The translations under genes were made by a program, and so were the position numbers. Shown piece after piece: positions 34,596 through 46,038 of a stretch of 64,000 bases of DNA. Every line of letters begins with the position of its first letter. The first letter of the stretch is position 1. Source of the DNA: Acidobacteriota bacterium (lineage in GTDB: Bacteria; Acidobacteriota; Thermoanaerobaculia; Multivoradales; UBA5704); the NCBI GenBank assembly GCA_040005235.1, contig JBDTZG010000002.1, positions 64,001 through 128,000 on the forward strand, in the 5' to 3' direction. The notes below the pieces were generated by a model that saw only the letters and a list, made by a program, of their open reading frames with translations, did no database searches and had not been told where the DNA came from.

Positions 34596-34865
34596 ATGAG
34601 CGGCATTGAGGCCAAGAGCAGGACCAGCATCTCAGACGCGACCACGGTCGCCGAAGTCGGCGATTTCTGGGACACGCACAGCCTCGCCGACCACTGGAAC
34701 GAGACCCGTGAAGTGAACTTGGAAATGCGGGCTGAACGTCGGCGGCGGGTGACCCTTGCGCCCGACATCTACTCGCAGGTCGAGACGCAAGCTCAGCGGC
34801 AAGGCATCCTACCCGAGACGCTGGTGAACCTCTGGCTCCTCGAACGCCTCCGGCAGGCATCTTAA
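34596..34865 (+). CDS. CopG/BrnA-like antitoxin (orphan)
   Basis: GDFWDTHSLAD, A.RQGI.PETLVNLWL.ERL. Confidence 0.8.
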   Translation: MSGIEAKSRTSISDATTVAEVGDFWDTHSLADHWNETREVNLEMRAERRRRVTLAPDIYSQVETQAQRQGILPETLVNLWLLERLRQAS

Positions 34866-34898
34866 GGCAGGCGCCCGCGGGAGTTCTTTGGCGATGCA

Positions 34899-34970
34899 GG
34901 CACATCGCTCCATGATGACCAGGTTGTGGCTCCAGGTGATTTCTCGCACCAGCGGTGCGAGTTTTGCGGA
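34899..34970 (-). pseudogene. Shard of a YhcG/DUF1016-like gene
   Basis: Translates AKLAPLVREITWSHNLVIMERC. Confidence 0.6.
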
Positions 34971-35041
34971 GTTGGCATCGTCTACTCCTTTTGGGTAGAA
35001 CCTCTCCGCTCCGAAGGCTGATCGTTGCGGCCTCGGATTCG

Positions 35042-35745
<704 letters not shown>

Positions 35746-35802
35746 TACGCCCTCCTTTCGAGAACGTGCGGCCCGGAATGGGCTCGCACGAGTGAAACCG
35801 AG

Positions 35803-36092
35803 ATTCCTACGCCGCGAACCCGTTTCCCCGTACAGGGATGACGATTCCTCCAGAGAGGATCGCTTTGCCCTACGCCGGGAACCGTTTCCCGGCGGCGAGA
35901 TAACGGTGCCCCTTGCGGGGATTGGCTTGCCCTGCTCGGGGTAATGGATTCCCCATACAGGGAAAGCATTTCCCTCTACGGGGCAGACGGTCCCGCTTGA
36001 GGTTAGCCGTTGCCCTCTGCGGGGAAACGCTTGCCCTGACCCAGGTGAACGTCTCCTCAGATAGGTCGACGTTTCCCTATTCAGGGCGAAGT
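35803..36092. repeat. Degenerate tandem array of 14 mini-palindromic units, period 21 (three units of 20)
   Basis: Units start at 35803, 35824, 35845, 35866, 35886, 35907, 35928, 35949, 35970, 35990, 36011, 36032, 36053 and 36073; consensus T[T/G]CCC-N6-GGGA[A/T]-N5. Confidence 0.85.
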
Positions 36093-36191
36093 TTCGCCGA
36101 CTTCTTTGGTGGCCTATTGTCATATCAATCTCGTATATGGCGTTCGTTCTTTCCCTCAAGCCATCTTTCGTGGCTCCGAACTCTGATTTCA

Positions 36192-36221
36192 AGTCTGAAT
36201 CAAGAATGCCTGTCAAGTCAA
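36192..36221 (-). promoter_or_regulatory. Candidate sigma70 promoter reading into the array
   Basis: TTGACT-18 nt-CAGACT on the minus strand (overlapping TTGACA also present), AT-rich context. Confidence 0.4.
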
Positions 36222-36457
36222 TAGGGCGCGGCGGCAACGTCCCGATCTCCGTGCGGAAGAAGGTGAGTTAGGGAGACCTCCCCGAACGTCCGCGTTGCTG
36301 AGCGGTTTCGGGGGATGGAAATAAGCGTGGGCAACGGGCCGCGCAAATTCAGGGCGCGTTAATATGCGCGCTCCAGAATAACTGCGGACTTGCGTTCGCT
36401 GATCTCCTCGTCGCTGATCAGAATGGCCTGGGAAGGCACAAGGGATAGAATGGCATC

Positions 36458-36679
36458 ATGGCCACGACCCCTACGGAGCTGATCGCCGAGAGGTTCAGAA
36501 CCGCCCTCGAGCTTTTTGAGCTTGGGGAGGCAATGCTTCGGCAGAAGCTCCGACGGAAGCACCCTCTGGCCGGCGAGGCCGAAATTGAGGCCCACGTCCA
36601 GGAGTGGCTCGAGCGACGGCCCGGAGCCGAGCACGGCGACGGCGTCGGCCGCCCGGTCGCGTGGCCTCGCCCTTCATGA
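36458..36679 (+). CDS. Small putative antitoxin
   Basis: 73 aa; ATGA overlap with the nucleotidyltransferase; ERFRTALELFE..LRRKHP. Confidence 0.7.
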   Translation: MATTPTELIAERFRTALELFELGEAMLRQKLRRKHPLAGEAEIEAHVQEWLERRPGAEHGDGVGRPVAWPRPS

Positions 36680-37263
36680 ACCCTTTGGCCGAAACTCTCG
36701 GCCGTATCGCCGCCGATCTCCGGAAGCTCGGGAGATCCTGGTCTCTCATCGGCGGCTTAGCCGTCAGTGCGCGGGCTGAGCCCCGAACGACACGAGATGT
36801 CGATCTCGCGGTCGCTGTGACCGAGGACAAGGAGGCTGAGGCGATCGTCTTCCGTCTCCAGACTCTCGGCTATGAAGTTCTCGTGGTCTTGGAGCAGGAG
36901 TCTACAAAGCGGCTGGCGACGGTGCGCCTCAGGCCCCCCAACGAACGGGAGGGCGGCGTCATCGTCGATCTTCTTTTTGCGTCTTCTGGCATTGAGCCTG
37001 AGATCACCCAAGCGGCGGAGGATCTGGAAATCATCCCTGGCCTTCGGGTACCGGTTGCGCGCATCGGCCACCTGATGGCCCTGAAGATCCTGGCGCGCGA
37101 CGATCGCCTGCGTCCGCAGGATCTCGACGATCTAAGAGCCCTGTTGCTGGAGGCCGAGCCGCAGGATCTCGAAGAGGCCCGGAGCGCTCTTCGGCTCATC
37201 GAGGAACGCGGCTACCAGCGGGGCAAGCAACTTCTGGCGGATTTCGATCAGCTCGTCGGTTGA
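36676..37263 (+). CDS. AbiEii-like nucleotidyltransferase toxin
   Basis: LIGGLAVSARAEPRTTRDVDLAV, LMALK, QDLDDL. Confidence 0.82.
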   Translation: MNPLAETLGRIAADLRKLGRSWSLIGGLAVSARAEPRTTRDVDLAVAVTEDKEAEAIVFRLQTLGYEVLVVLEQESTKRLATVRLRPPNEREGGVIVDLLFASSGIEPEITQAAEDLEIIPGLRVPVARIGHLMALKILARDDRLRPQDLDDLRALLLEAEPQDLEEARSALRLIEERGYQRGKQLLADFDQLVG

Positions 37264-37318
37264 GCCCAGGAATCGCCCCGTATCACGAGGAAGAACCAGC
37301 TCACCCACGCCTGCGAGC

Positions 37319-37431
37319 CCCGGCGCGGTGAGTTCTTCTCCGGGCCGCACGAGGCGCATCTCTTGGCCCGGAGACCCTGGTGAATCTCTGGCTCCTCGAA
37401 CGCCTCCGGCAGGCATCTTAAGGCAGGCGCC
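37319..37431. repeat. Chimeric shard: Uma2 fragment (-) joined to CopG-antitoxin 3' end (+)
   Basis: 37319-37369 resembles 40241-40291 (GQEMRLVRPGEELTAPG); 37368-37431 resembles 34812-34875. Confidence 0.75.
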
Positions 37432-37456
37432 GCGGCAAATCTTTCGCAGTGAGAAC

Positions 37457-38192
<736 letters not shown>

Positions 38193-38290
38193 GCGTTCTC
38201 GGCGGAACGGATCCTCCCAGCGCAGGATCATGTGGCTGCCATGGCGAGGCGGAGCCAGGGTGGCCCCGCCTCTTGGTTGGCCTCGGCGGA

Positions 38291-39676
38291 TCAGTGGACG
38301 AAGGTGACCGCCGGTTCGGCATCGATCTGGGTGCAGCTCTTCGCGAGCAGCTGGCACAGGTCGACCCGGCGCCGCTCGATGTCGCCGAACGTGTGCTTGA
38401 GGCCGCAGATGTCGGTGAGCGGCCCGGTGCCGGTCAAGAACGCCGAGAGGGCTGAGACCTGGTTCGGCTGGCGCGGCTCGACGTGCTTGAAGATCGTGCC
38501 GGTTTCGCCGCCGTGGCAGCCGTTGCAGGTATCGCGCGAGACGATGTGCCGCGCCTCGGGCGTGTTGATCGCGCCGCAGTTGGGTGGCTGCGGGCCGTCC
38601 CAGTTGAAGTCCAACGAGTGCCGTGAGGCGCCGCCCCGGAAGGGCGTGTTCTGGAAGGTGAGTGGCACGACGTGCTGTCCGGCGAGGATTGCCGGCGTCT
38701 CCTGGTTGATGAAGTTGGCCAGGAGCTGGCTGTGCTGATGGCTGTTCGCCGGGGTCTGCGCGACGGTCAGCTCGGTGAGCGGCGCCGGGTTCGTAGTGTC
38801 CGCGCTGGCCACCAGCTTGAACTCGCGCAGCTCCCAGGGCGATGTCAGGGCGATTTCGTTGGTCCGCGCCTGATTGAGCGCGCTGCCGTTGGGCTTGGCC
38901 GGCGAGGCGCCGAGACGAGAGAACTGGTCGGTGATCTGCTGCAGCGCCGCGTTGTAGGTCGGCCCGAACGGGATCGAACCGAGCCCATGCCAGGAGCTCG
39001 CCCAAGCTTGGACGTCGGTGCAAGCCCGCGCGTCAAGGCCGTACTCGAGGATCGCCAAGAATTGGGTCGTGTTGCCCAGCGAGTCGAGCAGGTTGAACAC
39101 GAACCGGCCTTCTCCCGCGGTCGTGCCGCCGCCGGAATAGCCCGAATTCTGGCGCAGGTCGAGGCGGGCGACGATCGCCAGAAGGCGGAACGGCGCTTTC
39201 TTCATGTCGAGGGTGACACCGCCCGAGGCGGTCAGCCAGGGCTGGATGACGGTGGTCTGGATGTTCGGCCGCTGAGGTACCGGGTCGCTGTTGATCGTCA
39301 GGTCGACCGTCCAATGCTTGAGCCAGGCGAGCGTGAAGTCCGACAGCTTTACCGGATCGGTGGTTCCAGCCAATCCTTCCATCAGTTTGCCGAACGTCCA
39401 GGCGCCTCGGGTCGCCGGTGGTGCCGGCTTGGCGCAGAGCCCGGTCCAGGTCGTCCGGTAGCAGTCGTTGACCACGGAGAGATCGCGAATGAACAGCTCG
39501 CGATTGGGGTCGACCGTACAACCGGGCGTGGTCGGCAGAAACGTGGTGTCGCGGCTGGAGCGCGGGCTGATGGGAGCCGGCTGGGCTGTGGCGGATTCCG
39601 CAGGGGGAGTTGAAACGGCGAACAGGGCGAGGGCGGCCAGGGTCAGGAGCATCCAACGATGTGGTGCGACACTCAT
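38291..39676 (-). CDS. Secreted protein with a C-terminal CxxCH heme-binding motif
   Basis: Signal peptide; DTCNGCH; several additional Cys; PFRLLAIV.RLDL, GEGRFVF. Confidence 0.75.
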   Translation of the reverse strand: MSVAPHRWMLLTLAALALFAVSTPPAESATAQPAPISPRSSRDTTFLPTTPGCTVDPNRELFIRDLSVVNDCYRTTWTGLCAKPAPPATRGAWTFGKLMEGLAGTTDPVKLSDFTLAWLKHWTVDLTINSDPVPQRPNIQTTVIQPWLTASGGVTLDMKKAPFRLLAIVARLDLRQNSGYSGGGTTAGEGRFVFNLLDSLGNTTQFLAILEYGLDARACTDVQAWASSWHGLGSIPFGPTYNAALQQITDQFSRLGASPAKPNGSALNQARTNEIALTSPWELREFKLVASADTTNPAPLTELTVAQTPANSHQHSQLLANFINQETPAILAGQHVVPLTFQNTPFRGGASRHSLDFNWDGPQPPNCGAINTPEARHIVSRDTCNGCHGGETGTIFKHVEPRQPNQVSALSAFLTGTGPLTDICGLKHTFGDIERRRVDLCQLLAKSCTQIDAEPAVTFVH

Positions 39677-39906
39677 CGGCGAGATCCTCTCTTAGACGGA
39701 AAGGCGGAGACTTATCCGCAGATCCTACTTGAGAGCAGTGCCGCTCACGACATGATGTGAGACAAGGCATTCGCAAGTGTCGATGAATACGCGGGCTGTG
39801 AGCTAATGGCGGGGTCTTGCTACCTTACGATCGACGTCGCTGCGGCCAACCCGGCGAGAGTTTCACGGTGTCAGGTAAGGCGGCGGGCGGTGTTTCGCTT
39901 CATCGT

Positions 39907-40713
39907 TTATTCCTCTTGGCGGCCAGCGAGGAAGCCTTCGTCCGCCGTCGTCGCCGTCGCCGCTCGTGCGAGGTGGCGTCGCAAGACGACTGGATCGCCG
40001 ATCGCTTCGAGGGCGGTGCGGGCCGCGTCGTCGACCGGCAGTCCGCGAGCCGCAAGGACGGCGAGGATGGATTCGCGCAAGGCATGCTGTTCCCCTTCCT
40101 GCCTTCCTTCGTTCCGCCCTTCGCCGCGGACCTCGTCGAGATCCCGATAGCCCTGGCGATGGAGCAGATTGCGAAGGGTGACGGCGTGCGCGGCCTCGCG
40201 GTCGTAGAGAGCGTTCACGGGCACGGGGTTTTGCAGGATCCCCGGCGCGGTCAGCTCCTCGCCGGGACGCACCAGGCGCATCTCTTGTCCGCGCTCATGG
40301 ACCTCGACCCGGCGTGGCCCGGATAGACGGACGACCCAGACCCACCTAGAGCCTGCGGCCAGAAGCTCGGAGATCTTAAGCGCGAGCTCCTTCTCATCTT
40401 GCCCCGTATCGGCGTATTCCACCGCGAGCGGTGGCGATCCCTCGACCCACCCGGGCGCGTTGGGGACGTTGCCGACCGCGACGTCCGGGGCGCGAAGCGT
40501 ATCGATGGAGGGGGAGTACCCGGTATCGATACCCGCCTCTTCCACCGCCGGATCGCTGTCGAGCACCGAGCCCCCCAGAAGATTGGCGCGCGAGCCGCGC
40601 CCGCCCGTGGTCATGCACTGGATGGCATGGCCGTTGGACAGCTCATAGGGATCGCCCGAGCGAATCTGGTCGGCGCGGAACGGCCCTTTGGCGGTGGGTA
40701 GGGTTCGGGGCAC
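39907..40713 (-). CDS. Uma2 family PD-(D/E)XK endonuclease-like protein
   Basis: YELSNG, RAPDVAV, PPLAVEYA, EGRNEGRQEG tail. Confidence 0.85.
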   Translation of the reverse strand: MPRTLPTAKGPFRADQIRSGDPYELSNGHAIQCMTTGGRGSRANLLGGSVLDSDPAVEEAGIDTGYSPSIDTLRAPDVAVGNVPNAPGWVEGSPPLAVEYADTGQDEKELALKISELLAAGSRWVWVVRLSGPRRVEVHERGQEMRLVRPGEELTAPGILQNPVPVNALYDREAAHAVTLRNLLHRQGYRDLDEVRGEGRNEGRQEGEQHALRESILAVLAARGLPVDDAARTALEAIGDPVVLRRHLARAATATTADEGFLAGRQEE

Positions 40714-40789
40714 GGGATGAGTTTAGCAAGGAACCCGGCGATGAGGGTGCCCCAAGCCGTCGAAGCGAGCCAAATTGCGCCGCGCCTGG

Positions 40790-41099
40790 GGCCGGCGCGC
40801 CGGGCGGGGGAGCCGGCCGTCGCGGATCAGCTTCGAAAACGTGCGGGCGACCTCCAGAATCGTGGCGCAGCGCGCATCCGGTGCTGCCGCGAAAGAAAAT
40901 CGAGATCGCGCTTGGCCGCCTCGCCGGAGATCTCCTCGGCGAGTGCGGCCACCGTCGCCCGCGGTAACAAAGGCGCCTCGTCGCCGGATTTGGCGGCAGC
41001 CGGCGCGGCGAGGCTCTGTATCGCGAGGCCGAGAAGGATCGCAAAGTCGAGTGTCGAGAGCGGCGAGGCATGCGGGGCGGAACGGAACGGCTTGGGCAT
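40790..41099 (-). pseudogene. Remnant of a secreted M28-like aminopeptidase with internal deletion
   Basis: N-terminus ALAEEISGEAAKRDLDFLSRQHRMR is joined out of frame to ILEVARTFSKLIRDGRLPRPAR. Confidence 0.5.
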
Positions 41100-41178
41100 C
41101 GAAGTTTCCTCCGAGAAACAGGCCCTACTCTGCGTATGAGACTGCCCTACCTCACCTTCGGTCTGCGGCAGTTAAACT

Positions 41179-41667
41179 TCAGCTGGTCTCGCCGGCCAGA
41201 GTGAGAACGGAGTTTCGAGTGGCAGTGGATACCCGAAAACGTAGTTCCTGGAGCTGATCCAAGAAGGGTCGAATCGTTGGGATCAGGCCCGCCTTCTTCC
41301 CATCGACCAAGACGCCGAGAGTGCCCGTGAAGGGAATCTTCAAAGTCTCCGCGATGCGTCTCGCCAAGGCGTCATCCAGAATCAGCACTGCGCCCGGCGA
41401 TTCCAAGCCGAGCATTAGAACTTCCGTCTCGCCAGGTCCGAGATCTTGAACCAGGGGCAGGGCGGGCCGGCTGACCGGAGAGCGCACCGAAAGCCAGTGC
41501 AGTTCATCGAAATTAGGCAGATCGATCCCGAGTTCTTTTCCTGCAATAAGCTCGTTCTCGACGGCTGGCGGAATCACGATGGGCCTCCCGAACGCGGGAA
41601 GCAGGTGGAGGAGTCCGAGCTGATGGAGGTACTGAATAGGAGAGGTATCGCAGACGATTTCAGGCAA
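41179..41667 (-). CDS. DUF3368-type PIN domain toxin
   Basis: IVCDTSPI, LGPGETEV, ILDD..AR, TGTLGVL. Confidence 0.88.
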   Translation of the reverse strand: MPEIVCDTSPIQYLHQLGLLHLLPAFGRPIVIPPAVENELIAGKELGIDLPNFDELHWLSVRSPVSRPALPLVQDLGPGETEVLMLGLESPGAVLILDDALARRIAETLKIPFTGTLGVLVDGKKAGLIPTIRPFLDQLQELRFRVSTATRNSVLTLAGETS

Positions 41668-41911
41668 GCCGCGTTTCCTTGCGCAGGTCGTCGTCGGTCA
41701 GGCGGAAGGTGTCCACGCCATAATCGGCCAGTCGGGAGAGGAAGAGTACCCGCGGCATACCGGCGATTTGCGCGGCAGCTCCGGAGGAGAGCCTTCCGAG
41801 CTCAAAGAGCTTGGTGGCTGCCGCCATGCGCAACGCCGGTCCCGCCTCTGTCTGGGGCACCTTTAGGGCCAACAGGGCTTCATCCGGAATTTCCAAGGTG
41901 ATCTGGCTCAT
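41660..41911 (-). CDS. UPF0175 family antitoxin
   Basis: KLFELGRLSSGAAAQIAGM.RV.FL..L. Confidence 0.88.
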   Translation of the reverse strand: MSQITLEIPDEALLALKVPQTEAGPALRMAAATKLFELGRLSSGAAAQIAGMPRVLFLSRLADYGVDTFRLTDDDLRKETRLA

Positions 41912-42097
41912 CCTAAGCTCCTCTTCCGTGAGCCTATTGTAGTTTGTCGCTCAAGTGTCGGCAGACCTGCCCTCTTCGGATCGAGCCTTCGAAGTTGTCG
42001 GTGTCGAAGAAAAGCTCTAGCTCTGTTCTAGATAGGTGGCGAACCTTCATCAAGCTCGCGCGGGCCGAGATGGAAATCGTCTTACATCCAGAGTAAG

Positions 42098-42376
42098 ATG
42101 GCGCTCATGAAGTCCGCCACCCGTTTGACCAGCAAAGGTCAGGTCGTCATTCCCAAACCTGTGCGGGAGCAACTTCGTTGGGCGTCCGGAACTCAGCTTG
42201 CCGTCGAGATCGTGGAGGGTGGTGCCGTGCGCTTGATGTTGCTTGAAGCCGAGGATTCCATCGACACCCTCTATGGCTGCTTGAAGGATCTCTCGCGGGA
42301 TCCCCTCGCGGACCTCGAAGCTGAGCACCGAGCCGAAATCGAAGCCGATGAGCAGCGGCAACGTCGCCGTCGTTGA
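42098..42376 (+). CDS. AbrB/MazE/SpoVT-type antitoxin
   Basis: LTSKGQVVIPKPVREQL. Confidence 0.88.
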   Translation: MALMKSATRLTSKGQVVIPKPVREQLRWASGTQLAVEIVEGGAVRLMLLEAEDSIDTLYGCLKDLSRDPLADLEAEHRAEIEADEQRQRRRR

Positions 42377-42773
42377 TTCCTGGGCGATCCTGGCGTTCCT
42401 GCGAGCCGAGGAGCCGGGTGCCTCGGTGATGCGCCGCTACTTGCGGCGCGCCCAGTCCGGCAATCTCCGCCTATTGCTGAACGTGGTGAACCTCGGCGAG
42501 GTCTTCTATCGCCTGCTGCAGCTCACCGGTGAGGCCCAGGCCGAGGAACGCCTTGGGCAAGTGAAGGCGTTACCGATCGAGATCGTACCGGTTCGCGAAT
42601 CGCTGGTCCTTGAAGCGGCTCGAATCAAAGCGCGACATCCTCTGTCCTATGCGGATGCCTTTGCCGTCGCAACCGGTCGGGTGGAGAAGGCGCCAGTGAT
42701 CACGGGTGACCCGGAAATTCTGGCCCTGCCTTCCACGGTGGTTCGCGTTCGGAGGCTGGACCGCGAAGCGTGA
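42348..42773 (+). CDS. vapC: VapC-type PIN toxin
   Basis: VVDSWAILA, VNLGEVFY, LSYADAFA, ITGDPE. Confidence 0.88.
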   Translation: MSSGNVAVVDSWAILAFLRAEEPGASVMRRYLRRAQSGNLRLLLNVVNLGEVFYRLLQLTGEAQAEERLGQVKALPIEIVPVRESLVLEAARIKARHPLSYADAFAVATGRVEKAPVITGDPEILALPSTVVRVRRLDREA

Positions 42774-42876
42774 GCTTCAGATCCGGCTCGTCTGAAAGCC
42801 CGCCTGGGGCCGACGGCCGCCCCTCGGGAGTCCCCTTTTTTCAGGCCGTGCGCACAACCGGTGCAGGGGGTTTCTC

Positions 42877-43584
42877 TTGCCTACCGATCAACGCACGGCA
42901 TCCTGGTTGACTCTCGGTCTGTTCGTGGTTCAAACGGCGCTGCTCGGGCTGGTCGTGCTTCGGTTGCGCGGTGTCGAGCGCGAGCTTGCCGGTCTGCGTC
43001 AAAGCCTGGCCGCGGGCGCATTACGGGCAGGTTCGGCACCGATCGCAATCGAGCCGGGGGACGGACCTTCCAAGGGACCGGCCGACGCACCGGTGACGAT
43101 CGTCGAGTTCTCGGATTTCACCTGCCATTCCTGCTCGCAGCTTCAGCCGGCCCTCAAGGACGCGCTCGCCGCCCGTCCCGCCCAGGCGCGGCTGGTCTTT
43201 CGCTACTTCCCGCTCGCTCCGGAGGGCAAGCCGTTCGACCTGGCGCGCGCCGCGGAGTGCGCCAGGGCACAGGAAAAGTTCTGGCCGGCGCACGACCTGT
43301 TGTTCTCCGAAGCGACCGAGCTGACCAACCTCGCGGCGGCCGTCGACCGGCTCGCGACGCTCGGACTCGATCGCGCCGTGCTCGAAACCTGCCTTGCCGG
43401 CCCCGAGAGCGGCGAGCGGGTACGGCGGGAGGCGGAAGTCGGGCGCGGCTATGGCGTCGATGCAACGCCTACCCTGTTCTTCAACGGCCATCGGCTCGAA
43501 GGCGCCGTGTCCGCGGAGGAGCTGATCCACGCGATCGATCAGGCGGTACCCGCGCCGGCAGGGGCCAAGCCAGCCGGCTCGTGA
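42877..43584 (+). CDS. Membrane-anchored DsbA-family thioredoxin-fold oxidoreductase
   Basis: N-terminal TM; VTIVEFSDFTCHSC; GVDATPTLFFNG. Confidence 0.88.
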   Translation: MPTDQRTASWLTLGLFVVQTALLGLVVLRLRGVERELAGLRQSLAAGALRAGSAPIAIEPGDGPSKGPADAPVTIVEFSDFTCHSCSQLQPALKDALAARPAQARLVFRYFPLAPEGKPFDLARAAECARAQEKFWPAHDLLFSEATELTNLAAAVDRLATLGLDRAVLETCLAGPESGERVRREAEVGRGYGVDATPTLFFNGHRLEGAVSAEELIHAIDQAVPAPAGAKPAGS

Positions 43585-43674
43585 ATTATGGCCGCATCGC
43601 TTTTCAACCAGGCGCTCCGCGATCGGCCGCCGGTCGATCGAATCGAAGGTCAACTGTTCGAGAAAGGAAGCCCG

Positions 43675-43932
43675 ATGTCCATTCCGTCGTCGAAGTCTCA
43701 CGTCGTCCTCTTGTCCGCCCTGGTCCTCTCCGTCCTATTCCTGATCGGCCTGGCGATCGCACCCGAGCCGGCGTATGCCGCCTGCACGGATGGCGACCAG
43801 CGCTGGGTGACCACCGGCACCTGCTGCTACCTCGGCTCCGGCGTGTACCAAAAACTCAAGCTGCAGTGGTGCGACCGCGGAGTTTGGACCAGCACGTCCA
43901 CCTTCAAGTGCTCGGGCGGCTGCATTTCCTGA
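43675..43932 (+). CDS. Secreted 6-cysteine peptide
   Basis: GAAAGGA RBS; signal peptide ending AYA; mature ACTDGDQRWVTTGTCCYLGSGVYQKLKLQWCDRGVWTSTSTFKCSGGCIS. Confidence 0.78.
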   Translation: MSIPSSKSHVVLLSALVLSVLFLIGLAIAPEPAYAACTDGDQRWVTTGTCCYLGSGVYQKLKLQWCDRGVWTSTSTFKCSGGCIS

Positions 43933-44110
43933 GCCCCCGTCTCCGGCCGGGGAGCGCGTGCGCTGCGGTTCCCCGGCCCCCCTTGGGTGCCCCTCACCCA
44001 CGCCGAAGAGATCACCGAAGTCGCCGACCGCGTCCGTCTATTCCATAAGATCGTCCATGCCTTTGCGCGATTGCCCCAAGTCGGCGCACGATGGCGAATG
44101 GGAGGTTTCT

Positions 44111-46038
44111 ATGGAGAATGAGCAATTCCAGGCAGTTGCCGCAGGCGAAGCGGGTCCGAAGTCCACGCGGCGACAGTCCTTCCCCGCGACGATTTCTGCC
44201 GAAGATCGCGACGCGCTCTATTCGGTCGCCCGCATCCTCCCCAGCGACGTCAAACTCCAGACGCGACTGCTCCTACCCTTCACCACCTACATGCAGGACC
44301 CGGCGGTGGCGAAGGAGATCCCGGCTCTCGGGTTCAACGAAAAGTTGGAGGTAGCCTGGGAACCGGGACTTACCGACGGACCGACCAGCGCCCGCTTCGC
44401 CGTCGTCGATTACGACGCCGACACCGGCAAGCTGACGCCGCCCGCGGAATGGGACTTGGAGCTTCAAAAGTTCGTCATCGACTGCAAGGTGATCGAACAG
44501 AGCACGGCGGCTCTCCCGCAATTTCATCAGGTCAGCGTCTGGGCCACGTTGCAGCGGGCTTTGGCTTACTTCGAAGAGGGGGCGGCCCTCGGCCGGCGCA
44601 TCCCTTGGGCTTTCGAAGGGAACCGGCTGATCGTCGTGCCGCGCGCCGGGTTCGGTGAAAACGCCTTCTACGATCGCGAGACGAAGTCGCTGCAGTTCTA
44701 TTACTACATGGGATCTGACGACACGCTCGCTTACACCTGCCTGTCCACCGACATCGTCAATCACGAATTCGGCCACTGTACAACGAGAGCATCCTGGCCG
44801 AGACCGGGGCGTTCCACGAGTTCATGGGCGATCTGACCGCCATCCTGCTCACTCTGCGAAACAACAAATTGCGCCAGTACTTGGCCGAAGAAGCCAAGGG
44901 AGACCTGGCCAAGGCCGACACCGCCACCTCGATCGCCGAGGAGTTCGGCGAGAGCGTCGAGGGGCGGCCCTACCTGCGGACCGCGAAAAACAACCTCAAG
45001 ATGTCCGACGTGCGGGGAACGACGGAGGTACATCGTCTTTCCACGGTTCTCACCGGAGCGATGTTCGATGTCTTGAAAGAGCTCGCGGCGAACTATCAAC
45101 GTCAGCCCGAGGAGCTCGGTGCCGACGAGGAGGCTTCTACTTCCGAGCGCAAGCCGAGAACCCCCAAGCAGGCTTTCTGGGACGCGATCGATCGCATGCA
45201 GCGCACGGCCATCCAACCGCTCGATCTCCTCCCTCCCGTGGACGTGACGTTCCGGGATTACGCGCTCGCCGTCTGCCGGTCGCAGCAGCTGTCCGATCCG
45301 CTCGACCCCCAGGGCTACCACGCGATGCTGATCGAGGTCTTTCGCCAGCGAGAGATCTTCACGGCCGAGGACGTAAAGCTTCTGAACCAGCCGCAGTATC
45401 TCTATGATCGTCTTCGGCTGAGCATCGATCACGACATCAGCGAGATCTCGCGGTCGCGCGCCGCCGCGTATCGCTTCTTGGATGACAACCGCGAAGAGCT
45501 GCTGATCCCCACCGGTCAGGATTTCTTCGTCGCCGATCTCTACGACGCCAACAAAGAGGCCCGACAGGCGACCCGGTTGCCTCGGCAAATCATCCTCGAA
45601 TACGTCTGGCGCGAGGACGTCCTGCTTGAAGGCAGTCGGTTCGGCGAATTCGACGGACGCTCGACCAGCCTGCTCTGCGGCGGAACTCTGGTGTTCGACG
45701 ACAACGGCAACGTTCTCGCCTGGGCGATGAAGCCCGGCTCCCTGCCTTACGGGGGCAAGCGGGTCCGAACCGGCGAAGTTTTCCAAAGATGGGAGTCGGA
45801 GAAGGACAAAGGAAGAGCGCGCAGGAACGAGTTGCTCGACCATCTGGCCGCCCAGATCGCGGCCGGCCGGGTCGGGCCGATGGCCGGCTCCGGCAAGGGG
45901 CTTCTGGGTGCCGCGGTGCCCCCGTTGATCGCGGAAGAGGAGGGCGACCAGGTCCGGTTTCGCCTGTCGCCCCACCTGCACCTCACTCACGACGACGAAG
46001 ACGATCGAGGAGGCCAGCGATGGAAAATCATCTCCTGA
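44111..46038 (+). pseudogene. Gluzincin (M4/M36-like) metallopeptidase, frameshifted right after HExxH
   Basis: GGAGG RBS; ENAFYDR, DIVNHEFGH, then LYNESILAETGAFHEFMGD in another frame. Confidence 0.8.

Noticed and set aside
35803-36092. CRISPR array interpretation
   Set aside because: The period is 21 bp with only 5-6 nt variable segments and degenerate arms; no cas genes are present in the window.
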